Assembly (NCBI GenBank): GCA_947630595.1
Contig: CANRIG010000003.1
Location: 8,640-72,639, forward strand
Direction of reading: 5' to 3'
Origin: an uncultured Lachnospiraceae bacterium
GTDB taxonomy: Bacteria; Bacillota; Clostridia; Lachnospirales; Lachnospiraceae
Length of the DNA: 64,000 bases
Positions 9,806 through 18,108 of the stretch are shown one piece after another. Position 1 is the first letter of the stretch; each line of letters begins with the position of its first letter. The notes beneath the pieces are model-generated. The model was not told where the DNA came from. It saw only the letters and a program-made list of their open reading frames with translations, and made no database searches. Both the position numbers and the translations under genes were made by a program.

Positions 9806-10585
9806 ATGATTCAGTATGAAAAAGTAAACGGTGATTTTAGCCTTGAGGGAAAGGTTGCAGTTGTGGTTGGCGGAGCCGGCGGCATTGGTGAGGCAACGGC
9901 CAGAATGTATGCGCGCAAGGGTGCAAAAGTAGTGATTGCAGACTGCAAGGACAACTGTCCTGAAGTCGCAGCGGATATTGCGCGGGAATACGGCGTACAG
10001 ACGACAGGAATAAAGTGCGATGTGACCAGTCAGGAGAGCGTGGATACGATGATTACGGGCGTATTGGAAACGTTCGGCGAGATCAATGTACTGGCATGTA
10101 TGCCGGGATTCGTAGACTTGTATCGCGCAACGGATATTGAGATCAGTAATGTGGAGAAACATATTGCGATTAACGCAGTAGGTGTGTTTCGTGTATGTCA
10201 GGCAGTGGCAAATCAGATGATTCGTCAGGGAAAAGGCGGCAAGATTGTATGCATCACTTCACAGGCGGATTTCATTGCAATCAATAAGCATGTAGGATAT
10301 ACCATGAGCAAGGCGGCTCTGGTCGGGATGATTAAGGTATGTGCGCTGGAATGGGCAGAGTATGGGATCAATGTCAACGGAGTCGCTCCGACAGTTGTCA
10401 ATACTTATATGGGTGAACGCGCATGGCAGGGAAAAGTGAAGACAGATATGATTGAAAAAATTCCAGCTCACAGGTTTGCGGAAACGGATGAAATTGCTGC
10501 TGCTGTACTGTTTCTTTCCTGCAGCGAATCCAATATGATCACAGGGGAGGATCTGGTGGTAGACGGCGGCTTTACGATTTACTGA
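9806..10585 (+). CDS. SDR family oxidoreductase
   Basis: 259 aa, AGGAGG RBS. VVGGAGGIG cofactor motif, YTMSKAA (YxxxK). Confidence 0.85.
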   Translation: MIQYEKVNGDFSLEGKVAVVVGGAGGIGEATARMYARKGAKVVIADCKDNCPEVAADIAREYGVQTTGIKCDVTSQESVDTMITGVLETFGEINVLACMPGFVDLYRATDIEISNVEKHIAINAVGVFRVCQAVANQMIRQGKGGKIVCITSQADFIAINKHVGYTMSKAALVGMIKVCALEWAEYGINVNGVAPTVVNTYMGERAWQGKVKTDMIEKIPAHRFAETDEIAAAVLFLSCSESNMITGEDLVVDGGFTIY

Positions 10586-10615
10586 TCCATGTACGGGGCA
10601 GAAGGAGGAAACAGG

Positions 10616-11434
10616 ATGGATGTGCTGACAAAAAAAGCCTGGGAACTGCGAAAGGACATTGTTGAGATGGTTTACCGGTCGAAGGCAGGGCATGTAGGCG
10701 GTGATTTAAGTGTGATTGATATATTGACGGTTCTGTACTTTAAAGTAATGAACGTTTCTCCGGAAAATGTCAGAAATCCGAATCGGGACAGATTTCTGCT
10801 GAGCAAGGGCCATTGTGCGGATGCGTTGTACTGTGTTCTGGGAGAAAAGGGTTTTTTTGACAAACAGGAGGCAATTGAGACGTTCAGCCAGTTTGGAAGC
10901 CGTTACATCGGACATCCGAATATGGCGGTACCGGGAATTGAAATGAACGCCGGCTCACTTGGACATGGCTTATCGGTAGGAGTTGGTATGGCTCTGGCGG
11001 CGAAAATGAATCGGAAGAATTACCGGACCTATGTGGTGCTGGGTGATGGGGAAATGGCTGAGGGTTCCAACTACGAGGGTATGATGGCGGCAGCGCAGTA
11101 TCATCTGGATAACCTTTGCGCAACGATAGACTTGAATCGCCTGCAGATCAGCGGAACGACAAAAGAGGTCATGAATTCAGACAGTTTGTCCCGAAAGTTT
11201 GAGGATTTTGGCTGGAATGTGATTGAGGTAAAGGACGGAAACAACTGTTTGCAATTGGTTGAGGCGTACGAACAGGCGGAAACATTAAAAGGGAAGCCTG
11301 CTGCCGTAATTGCGCATACAACCAAGGGAAAGGGTGTTTCTTTTATGGAGAATACCGCTTCCTGGCATCACGGAGTTATGACAGAAGAGCAATATTTGCA
11401 GGCGGTGAAAGAACTGGAGGAGGTGCTGGCATGA
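10616..11434 (+). CDS. transketolase, N-terminal subunit (split type)
   Basis: Listed ORF 10589..11434. ATG 10616 preferred (AGGAGG at 10603-10608, 7-nt spacer). HVGGDLSVIDIL, GHPN, GSLGHGL, LGDGE TPP-binding motifs. Confidence 0.9.
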   Translation: MDVLTKKAWELRKDIVEMVYRSKAGHVGGDLSVIDILTVLYFKVMNVSPENVRNPNRDRFLLSKGHCADALYCVLGEKGFFDKQEAIETFSQFGSRYIGHPNMAVPGIEMNAGSLGHGLSVGVGMALAAKMNRKNYRTYVVLGDGEMAEGSNYEGMMAAAQYHLDNLCATIDLNRLQISGTTKEVMNSDSLSRKFEDFGWNVIEVKDGNNCLQLVEAYEQAETLKGKPAAVIAHTTKGKGVSFMENTASWHHGVMTEEQYLQAVKELEEVLA

Positions 11435-12366
11435 ATACGATTACAAACCGGCAGGCAATCTGTGACACCCTGATGAAAGCGGCAAAACAGGATTTGGACA
11501 TTATTGTAGCCTGCTCAGATTCCAGAGGTTCCGCCTCCCTGAGTCCGTTCGCAGAACAGTATCCTGAGCAATTTGTGGAGGTAGGTATTGCGGAACAGAA
11601 TCTGGTGTCTGTATCCGCCGGGCTGGCAGCCTGTGGAAAGAAAGTGTTTGCAGCCTCTCCAGCCAGCTTTTTATCCACCCGAAGCTATGAACAGGCAAAA
11701 ATTGACGTGGCATATTCGCAAACTAATGTGACACTGGTGGGAATCAGCGGCGAAATCAGCTATGGAGCACTGGGCATGAGTCATCATTCCTGTCAGGATA
11801 TAGCGGCGTTTTGTGCACTGCCGAATATGCGTGTTTATCTGCCGAGTGACCGTTTTCAGACAGCAAAACTGATTGAAGCATTGCTGCTGGATGAAAAACC
11901 GGCTTATGTACGGGTCAGCCGTTCTGCGACGGAGGATGTGTATGGAGAGGACATGCCATTTGTTCTGAATCGGGCTAATGTGCTTCTGGAAGGCAGCGAT
12001 ATCTGCCTGATTGCCTGTGGCGAAATGGTGCCTTATGCGGTTCAGGCGGCCAGGCTTTTGCGGGAAGCGGGTATTTCAGCAGGTGTGCTGGATATGTACT
12101 GCCTGAAACCGCTCGATGAAGAAGCTGTGCTGCAGGCAGCAAAGTCATATCGGTGCCTGGTTACAGTTGAGGAGCATTCTGTTTTCGGCGGACTGGGAAG
12201 TCTGGTATCTCAACTGACTGCGCAGAAACATCCGATTCGCGTGTGCCAGATTGCACTGCCGGATACACATCTGATTTCCGGGAACAACCGGGAGGTATTC
12301 GCTTATTATGCCATGGATGCAAAGGGGATTGCAGAGCGTGCGAAACAGGCTCTGAGTGAGAGCTGA
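11431..12366 (+). CDS. transketolase, C-terminal subunit (split type)
   Basis: 311 aa, ATG overlaps the stop of the N-subunit gene (ATGA). FVEVGIAEQN pyrimidine-binding motif. Confidence 0.9.
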   Translation: MNTITNRQAICDTLMKAAKQDLDIIVACSDSRGSASLSPFAEQYPEQFVEVGIAEQNLVSVSAGLAACGKKVFAASPASFLSTRSYEQAKIDVAYSQTNVTLVGISGEISYGALGMSHHSCQDIAAFCALPNMRVYLPSDRFQTAKLIEALLLDEKPAYVRVSRSATEDVYGEDMPFVLNRANVLLEGSDICLIACGEMVPYAVQAARLLREAGISAGVLDMYCLKPLDEEAVLQAAKSYRCLVTVEEHSVFGGLGSLVSQLTAQKHPIRVCQIALPDTHLISGNNREVFAYYAMDAKGIAERAKQALSES

Positions 12367-12378
12367 CAGGAGCGGGGA

Positions 12379-13848
12379 ATGAAATACGTATTGGGAATTG
12401 ATCAAAGTACACAGGGAACCAAGGCAATTCTGGTGGATGAAAACGGAGCTGTTGTTGGCAGGGCCGACCGGATGCACCGGCAGCTGATCAGCGAAAAAGG
12501 CTGGATTTCTCATGATCCGGAGGAAATTTACCATAATGTCCTGCGGACAGCAAAAGAGGTCATCGAAAAAACAGAAATTGATCGAGCGCAGATTGTGGCT
12601 CTTGGTATCAGCAATCAGCGGGAAACAAGCATCCTCTGGGATCGCAGCGGGCGTCCGAGGAATGATGCAGTGGTCTGGCAGTGCGCGCGTGCAAAAGAAA
12701 TATCTGATGATCTGAGACCATACGACCAAAGAATCCGGGAAATAACCGGGCTCACGCTTTCTCCGTATTTTCCGGCGGCAAAAATGGCATGGCTGCTGCG
12801 GCATTCCGGAGAGATTGGAAACCGGGAGAGACTTTGTCTCGGTACGGTAGACAGCTGGCTGATTTATCGCCTGACCGGAGGCACATCATTTCGAACGGAT
12901 TATTCCAACGCTTCACGAACGCAGCTGTTTGATATTCACAGGCTTCGGTGGAGCGAAGAAATCTGCGGACTGTTTGAAGTGCCGATGGAATTTCTTCCGC
13001 AGGTATGCGACAGCAATTCCGATTTTGGATATACGGATCTGGAAGGTTATCTTCCGCATGCGATTCCTATTCATGGCGTGCTGGGGGATTCCCATGCAGC
13101 GTTGTTCGGACAGGGATGCCATGATGCAGGTATGATTAAGACTACCTATGGTACCGGTTCTTCCATAATGATGAATACGGGCAGCAAATGTGTAATGAGC
13201 CGTCATGGACTGGTCACTTCACTTGCCTGGGGCATGGACGGAAAAGTGACTTATGTACTGGAAGGAAATATCAATTATACTGGCGCGGTCATTACCTGGC
13301 TGCAGGAATCCGTAAGACTGATTGCCGATCCTGCTGAAACGGAGCAGGCGGCGATGGCGGCCAATCCGGAAGATACGGCTGTTCTGGTTCCGGCGTTTTC
13401 GGGACTTTCCGCACCCTACTGGGAGGATGAGGCCAAAGCGGTGCTTTGCGGTATGAGCCGTACGACCGGGAGAAATGAAATTATCCGTGCTGCGCTCGAC
13501 AGTATCGCATTTCAGATTGATGCCGTATTGGATGCGATGGCAAAAGACAGCGGCATACGGATCGAGGAACTGCGGGTGGACGGCGGTCCTACCAAAAACA
13601 GGTATCTGATGCAGCAGCAAAGTAATTTGTCGGATACAGTAGTGGCGGTTTCAGAAGTGGAGGAGTTATCCGCCCTGGGTGCTGCTTATATGGCCGGAAT
13701 TGCTGTCGGACTCTGCCAGACTGAACGGCTGTTTAAGGGGAAAAAAAGGGTCTGCTTTTTTTCGGTATGGACCGGACAGGAGAGAACAGCTGCAAAACAT
13801 CGTTGGAGAGAAGCGGTTATGTTGGCAATTAGGCCGCATTCTGAATGA
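12379..13848 (+). CDS. FGGY family carbohydrate kinase (glycerol-kinase-like)
   Basis: 489 aa. MKYVLGIDQSTQGTKAILVD, GISNQRETS, TTYGTGS, VDGGPTKN motifs. Substrate not assignable from sequence. Confidence 0.85.
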   Translation: MKYVLGIDQSTQGTKAILVDENGAVVGRADRMHRQLISEKGWISHDPEEIYHNVLRTAKEVIEKTEIDRAQIVALGISNQRETSILWDRSGRPRNDAVVWQCARAKEISDDLRPYDQRIREITGLTLSPYFPAAKMAWLLRHSGEIGNRERLCLGTVDSWLIYRLTGGTSFRTDYSNASRTQLFDIHRLRWSEEICGLFEVPMEFLPQVCDSNSDFGYTDLEGYLPHAIPIHGVLGDSHAALFGQGCHDAGMIKTTYGTGSSIMMNTGSKCVMSRHGLVTSLAWGMDGKVTYVLEGNINYTGAVITWLQESVRLIADPAETEQAAMAANPEDTAVLVPAFSGLSAPYWEDEAKAVLCGMSRTTGRNEIIRAALDSIAFQIDAVLDAMAKDSGIRIEELRVDGGPTKNRYLMQQQSNLSDTVVAVSEVEELSALGAAYMAGIAVGLCQTERLFKGKKRVCFFSVWTGQERTAAKHRWREAVMLAIRPHSE

Positions 13849-13899
13849 TATTGAGAGAATGCCGTGCAGATTTATTTTGCCTGTCAGGAAAGAAAAGAG

Positions 13900-13929
13900 T
13901 TGACAATGGCTGCCGGCCTGCTTTAGACT
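13900..13929 (+). promoter_or_regulatory. candidate sigma-A promoter
   Basis: TTGACA 13900-13905, 18-nt spacer, TAGACT 13924-13929. Upstream of the transpeptidase-like gene. Confidence 0.35.
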
Positions 13930-14005
13930 TATGAGAAAATCTGTGATAAAAACAGTGAGTGTATAAGCAATAATGTTTAATGCAAAACCGGGAGAAAGAG
14001 AGCAT

Positions 14006-15142
14006 ATGTTAGCTGAGACAGGATACAGAGGGCGGATGAAATTTACGGCGGTGATAGTTGTTTGCATGTTATGCGCGGGCCTGCTTTGGGCAATGCCGGC
14101 TGCGGCGGAGGAGACGGGCAGCGGCTCGCTGCGCCTGAACAAGACGTCGCTGACGCTGGTGAACGGGCTGACCTGCAAATTGAAAGCCAGCGGCGCTGGA
14201 CTGACCGGGAAAGTGACCTGGCAAAGCAGCAACCGGCAGGTCGTGCGGGTGAACAGCCGCGGCCGCATCCGGGGCAAGTCGGCCGGAAACGCCGTGATCA
14301 CGGCGACGGCCGGAGCGTATAAGGCGGTCTGCAGGGTGCAGGTGGTTGACGCCTCCCTGAACAAAACGAGTCTTCCACTGACGCAGGGGAAGCGCGCGAA
14401 GCTGAAAGTGCGCGGCAGCAGTGTGAAAACGACCTGGAAGAGCAGCGATCCGCAGGTGGCGACGGTCAGCTCCTCCGGGAAGGTGACGGCGAAAAATCCG
14501 GGGACGGCCACGGTTTACGCTAAAATCGGCGTCAGCAAGCTGTCCTGTACGGTGACGGTGGTTTCGGCGCGCTGGGACAAACTGAAAGCGCAGTATCTGA
14601 ATGACAGCAAAACCGGCCAGCTGGTGTTCGTGCAGTATACGGGAGGCAGCGACGCCCGCGTGCAGATGTACCGGAAATCCGGCGGAACCTGGGACTGCAT
14701 TGTGGACTGCCCGGCCTACGTGGGCCAAAACGGCATCGGCAAAGAGCGGGAGGGCGACAAGAAAACGCCGACAGGCGTCTACACGCTGACGCAGGCGTTC
14801 GGCATCGAAAAAGACCCGGGTGCGAAAATGCCTTATGTGAAAGTCAATAAATACCTCTACTGGTGCGCGGACGACAACTACTACAATCAGATGGTCGACG
14901 TCCGTGATCATCCGCATACCTGCCGCGGGGAGCATCTGATCAATTATGCGCCGAACTACAACTACGCGATGGCGCTCGATTACAATAAGGACTGCGTGGT
15001 CGGCAAGGGCTCCGCGATTTTCCTGCACTGCATGGGCCCGAACGCTTACACCGCCGGGTGCATCGCGGTCAGTCAGGAGAATATGATTAAAATTCTGCAG
15101 AATGCGGAGGCGGGGACGAAAATCTGCATTTATAACCAGTAA
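14006..15142 (+). CDS. secreted L,D-transpeptidase-like protein with two Big_2 (bacterial Ig-like) domains
   Basis: Listed ORF 13973..15142; in-frame ATGs at 14006 and 14036 (MKFTAVIVVCMLCAGLLWAMPAAA signal peptide). Two repeats of the KVTWQSSN..VVRV / KTTWKSSDPQVATV type. C-terminal AIFLHCMGPNAYTAGCIAV resembles the YkuD His/Cys catalytic motif. Confidence 0.65.
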   Translation: MLAETGYRGRMKFTAVIVVCMLCAGLLWAMPAAAEETGSGSLRLNKTSLTLVNGLTCKLKASGAGLTGKVTWQSSNRQVVRVNSRGRIRGKSAGNAVITATAGAYKAVCRVQVVDASLNKTSLPLTQGKRAKLKVRGSSVKTTWKSSDPQVATVSSSGKVTAKNPGTATVYAKIGVSKLSCTVTVVSARWDKLKAQYLNDSKTGQLVFVQYTGGSDARVQMYRKSGGTWDCIVDCPAYVGQNGIGKEREGDKKTPTGVYTLTQAFGIEKDPGAKMPYVKVNKYLYWCADDNYYNQMVDVRDHPHTCRGEHLINYAPNYNYAMALDYNKDCVVGKGSAIFLHCMGPNAYTAGCIAVSQENMIKILQNAEAGTKICIYNQ

Positions 15143-15158
15143 GAGAAATTCGGAAGCC

Positions 15159-15248
15159 GTAATTCTGCCCGGTTGGATTTTCGATGTGTTTTCCCCGGAA
15201 AGCATAAGGCTGTTTTCCAGGGAAAATACTCGAAAGGGTACCGGCCGG
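15159..15248 (+). repeat. structured ~80-nt intergenic repeat, copy A
   Basis: Core 15169-15248 aligns over its full length with 23457-23536. Inner stem 15189-15204 / 15211-15226, terminal CCGGTTGG / CCGGCCGG. Confidence 0.8.
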
Positions 15249-15370
15249 TCCCCATGAATTCCGAATGTTGGGCAGGATTGTGGAAGCGCGAAGCACGGAA
15301 CAATCCGTATGGCGTCATTTGGCTTCCGCATCATGGAATAGGTGTGACAAAAATACAGGAGGTGTCGGAA

Positions 15371-16402
15371 TTGAGAGGATGTTTTTTTCTGGGCGCGCAG
15401 CATCAGCCGGGATTTGAGATCAGGGAAATGACGTTCCCGGAGCTTGGGCCGCATGAAGTGCTGGTGCGCAGCAAAGCCTGCGGGATTTGCGGAACGGATA
15501 TTCATATCCGCCGCGGCGAGGCCGGTTCGGCGGAGGTGACGCCTCCGGTCGTGCTGGGGCATGAGTTTGCCGGTATCGTGGAGCAGATCGGTTCTGAGGT
15601 GACGGAGCTGTGCGTGGGCGATCATGTGACGATCGACCCCAACAGGTACTGCGGTCACTGCCGCCCGTGCCGCATGGGCCGAAAGCAGAACTGCGAGCAT
15701 CTCTTTGCGCTGGGCGTGAACGTCAACGGCGGATTTGCGGAGTACGCGCTCTGCCCGGACAGCCAGTGCTTCAAATTAAACAAAGACGTCGATTTTGATG
15801 TGGCGGCGATGGCGGAGCCGCTGGCGTGCGTGATTCACGGCATCGATCAGGCGCAGATCACAGCGGGGCAGTCTGTGCTCGTTATCGGAGGCGGCACGAT
15901 CGGCCTGCTGATGGTGCAGATGGCCCGCCTGCGGGGCGCGTCGCCGGTGATATTGAGCGAGCCGGTGGAAATGCGCAGGAAGATTGCGCTGGAACTGGGC
16001 GCGGACGCGGCGATCGATCCGCTGCAGGAAAATCTCGCAGAGCGCATCCGCGGGATCAGCGGGCAGGACGGCGTCGACGTGGTGATCGAATGCGTCGGAA
16101 GGCCTGCGGCTGCAAAGCAGGCGTTTGAGGCCGCGGGAGCGGGCGCCACGATACTGTTTTTCAGCGTGCCGACGGTGGACGCAACGGTGCCGCTGCCTCT
16201 GTTTGACGTATACAAAAAAGAGTTGCGGATTGTCGGTTCCATGATTAACCCGGACACACATCAGCGTGCCGTGAACCTGATCAACAGCGGCAAGCTGGAA
16301 ATCAAAAGGCTGATCACGCACACCTATGACCTGGAGCACATGGAGGAGGCTCTGGACATGCAGACGAGCAGCGAGTCGATTAAGGTAGTGATTCATCCGT
16401 AG
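15371..16402 (+). CDS. zinc-dependent alcohol/polyol dehydrogenase (MDR family)
   Basis: Listed ORF 15173..16402, but its first 66 codons cover the repeat. TTG 15371 has AGGAGG (15358-15363) upstream. GICGTDIH, GHEFAG, VIGGGTIGLL motifs. Confidence 0.85.
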   Translation: MRGCFFLGAQHQPGFEIREMTFPELGPHEVLVRSKACGICGTDIHIRRGEAGSAEVTPPVVLGHEFAGIVEQIGSEVTELCVGDHVTIDPNRYCGHCRPCRMGRKQNCEHLFALGVNVNGGFAEYALCPDSQCFKLNKDVDFDVAAMAEPLACVIHGIDQAQITAGQSVLVIGGGTIGLLMVQMARLRGASPVILSEPVEMRRKIALELGADAAIDPLQENLAERIRGISGQDGVDVVIECVGRPAAAKQAFEAAGAGATILFFSVPTVDATVPLPLFDVYKKELRIVGSMINPDTHQRAVNLINSGKLEIKRLITHTYDLEHMEEALDMQTSSESIKVVIHP

Positions 16403-16415
16403 CTGTCTTTCAAGT

Positions 16416-16523
16416 CACATTACAGGAAAACGGCATCACAATAAAACGATATCGCAATAAAAAACATCACATAAAAACATTACAATAAAAAACATCACAA
16501 TAAAAGACATCACAATAAAAAAC
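16416..16523 (+). repeat. degenerate A-rich tandem array (about 7 units of ~15 nt, CATCACAATAAAA-like)
   Basis: Read directly: cattacaggaaaacgg catcacaataaaacgat atcgcaataaaaaa catcacataaaaa cattacaataaaaaa catcacaataaaaga catcacaataaaaaa. Confidence 0.75.
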
Positions 16524-16570
16524 CGGGGCTGACGCACTTGGGATTTTAACCTTTTGTGCGTTAGCCCCGG
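16523..16570 (-). terminator. hairpin terminator between convergent genes (T-run on the minus strand)
   Basis: CCGGGGCTGACGCAC (16523-16537) pairs with GTGCGTTAGCCCCGG (16556-16570). On the minus strand the stem is followed by TTTTTTATTG. Confidence 0.6.
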
Positions 16571-16737
16571 CTTGAACTTAAGTATTCCCGGACAGCTGCC
16601 TCCAGCCTCAGTTTTTCGTTACTGTAAATACGATGATATGCTGGGATGATCTGTCTGGACACATCATAAAGCACTGTCATCATTTTGGCACCAGTCAGAT
16701 ATTCCAATAATAGAAAATTCGGATGCAGAGCTTTGAT

Positions 16738-17514
16738 TTAGAAGCAGGTAAACGCGCCGTCCACCACGATATCCGAACCCGTGGTGAAGCTGCTGGCGTC
16801 GCCCGCAAGATAGACGCAGATGGCCTGGAGCTCTTCCGGCTTGCCCAGGCGGCCCATCGGAGCCATTTCGTTCCATTTGGCGATGAGCGGCTTGAGCTGC
16901 TCGGAGGAAAGCGTGAGGTCAGTGCCGATGTAGCCCGGGCTGATGCAGTTCACGCGCACGCCGCGCTTGGCCCATTCGATCGCCAGGGACTTGGTCAGCT
17001 GAATGACGCCGGCCTTGGACGCGTTGTAAGCGCACTGCGGCTGCGGCACGTTTACGATGTGGGCGGACATGGACGCGGTGTTGATGATGGAACCGTAGCC
17101 CTGCTTCAGCATCACCTTTCCGGCTGCCTGCGCGGTCAGGAAGACGCCGGTGAGGTTGATGTCGATGACTTTTTTCCATTGCTCAAACGACATTTCCTCT
17201 GCGGGTACGTTAATGCAGATGCCGGCGTTGCAGAAGGCGGCGTCCAGCTTTCCGTATTTTGCCAGAAACGTGCCGATCATGGCGTCGACTTGCTCCGGCA
17301 CAGTCACATCGCACGAAATGGCGATGGTGTCGGCTCCGGTCGTTTCCTTGAGCCAGTCTGCGGTCTGCTGGGCGGTGGCCAGGTCCACGTCCACGATCGC
17401 CACGTCGGCTCCGGCCTCGCAGAACGCGGTGGCAACGCTCTTTCCGATGCCGCGGGCGCCGCCGGTGACGAAGATACTCTTGCCGTCAAGTCTCATTTTT
17501 TCGATGATTCCCAT
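16738..17514 (-). CDS. SDR family oxidoreductase (sugar/polyol reductase-like)
   Basis: 258 aa. VTGGARGIGKS, NTAS, YNASKAG. AGGAGG RBS 8 nt upstream of the ATG on the minus strand. Confidence 0.9.
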   Translation of the reverse strand: MGIIEKMRLDGKSIFVTGGARGIGKSVATAFCEAGADVAIVDVDLATAQQTADWLKETTGADTIAISCDVTVPEQVDAMIGTFLAKYGKLDAAFCNAGICINVPAEEMSFEQWKKVIDINLTGVFLTAQAAGKVMLKQGYGSIINTASMSAHIVNVPQPQCAYNASKAGVIQLTKSLAIEWAKRGVRVNCISPGYIGTDLTLSSEQLKPLIAKWNEMAPMGRLGKPEELQAICVYLAGDASSFTTGSDIVVDGAFTCF

Positions 17515-17552
17515 AGTGCTTTCCTCCTTTTTCTGCGTGAAAGATATAAAGT

Positions 17553-17585
17553 GAAACAGCCGATAGGGGAGCTATCGGCTGTTTC
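17553..17585. promoter_or_regulatory. perfect 14-bp inverted repeat GAAACAGCCGATAG-gggag-CTATCGGCTGTTTC
   Basis: Read directly. Lies 39 nt upstream of the minus-strand SDR start, in the divergent region toward the small ORF. Confidence 0.4.
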
Positions 17586-17757
17586 GAGGGGAGTATAAAT
17601 AATTAATAAGGGGTTTGTAAAAAAAATTGTTTTGAAGGGTAAATTCTTTTTACAGTCAACATTATAATATAGTTTCCAGAAAAATGCAATACATATTTTT
17701 GAAAAATATCGAGATACTAACGATGTAACAAAAAAACAGATATAGGAGGCTAATATC

Positions 17758-17919
17758 ATGGCTAAAAATGCGAACAACACGGAGAGCATGGAGTCTTCCA
17801 AGAACGCGAATAATTCCCAGAATAAGACTTCTTCCAAGAATGCAAACAATTCCAGCAAGAACACAAAGAACTGTGAGAACTGCGACAATTCCACAGGTTC
17901 TTCGCAGAGCGAGTATTAA
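17758..17919 (+). CDS. 53-aa Asn/Ser/Lys-rich small protein with C-terminal CxxC (unknown function)
   Basis: Not in ORF track (below the 60-aa cutoff). AGGAGG 17744-17749, 8-nt spacer, ATG. MAKNANNTESMESSKNANNSQNKTSSKNANNSSKNTKNCENCDNSTGSSQSEY. Peptide repeat SKNANNS occurs twice and its DNA differs only at three synonymous third positions. Followed by an intrinsic terminator. Confidence 0.7.
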   Translation: MAKNANNTESMESSKNANNSQNKTSSKNANNSSKNTKNCENCDNSTGSSQSEY

Positions 17920-17932
17920 ACCGGGACGAAAA

Positions 17933-17958
17933 AGGGGTGCGCGAGCACCTCTTTTTTT
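17933..17958 (+). terminator. rho-independent terminator of the small ORF
   Basis: AGGGGTGC-gcga-GCACCTCT followed by a T7 run. Confidence 0.75.
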
Positions 17959-17970
17959 GCGGGTTCTTCC

Positions 17971-18108
17971 GGTATTATGTTGCCGTTTTCTGATATTACC
18001 GTTTTCCTGTATTGTCGTTTTTCTGTGCTGCTGTTGTTGGCATTGCCATTTTCTCGTATTACCATTTTTCTGTATTGCCGCTTTCTTGTATTGTTATTTT
18101 TCTGTGAT
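17971..18108 (+). repeat. degenerate tandem array (about 7-8 units of 16-17 nt, GTATTRYCRTTTTTCT-like)
   Basis: Read directly. Its reverse complement resembles the 16416-16523 array (16418-16448 vs reverse complement of 17984-18014: 24/31 identical by hand alignment). Confidence 0.75.

Noticed and set aside
13735-13770. Possible frameshift at the A8/T8 homopolymer runs near the 3' end of the FGGY kinase gene
   Set aside because: The current frame continues into ...ERTAAKHRWREAV..., which keeps the spacing I expect for the conserved C-terminal W-x-x-AV region of glycerol-kinase-like proteins. No better alternative frame was found.
15173-15370. 66-codon N-terminal extension of the Zn-dehydrogenase (MDFRCVFPGKHKAVF...), and the similar peptide-like ORFs 23407..23733 and 23556..23798
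   Set aside because: These read through copies of the structured repeat. The dehydrogenase has its own AGGAGG plus TTG at 15371. The repeated peptide similarity is a by-product of DNA repetition.
16561-16683. 40-aa minus-strand ORF (MMTVLYDVSRQIIPAYHRIYSNEKLRLEAAVREYLSSSRG) between the SDR stop and its terminator
   Set aside because: No RBS, and its stop lies inside the terminator stem. It may be a relic of a larger gene, but I cannot support it as a gene.
16416-18108. CRISPR-like interpretation of the tandem arrays (also 22631-22900, 43929-44049, 61541-61592)
   Set aside because: The units are 12-30 nt and contiguous or degenerate, without constant repeats separating unique 30-40-nt spacers. 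No cas genes or leader are present.
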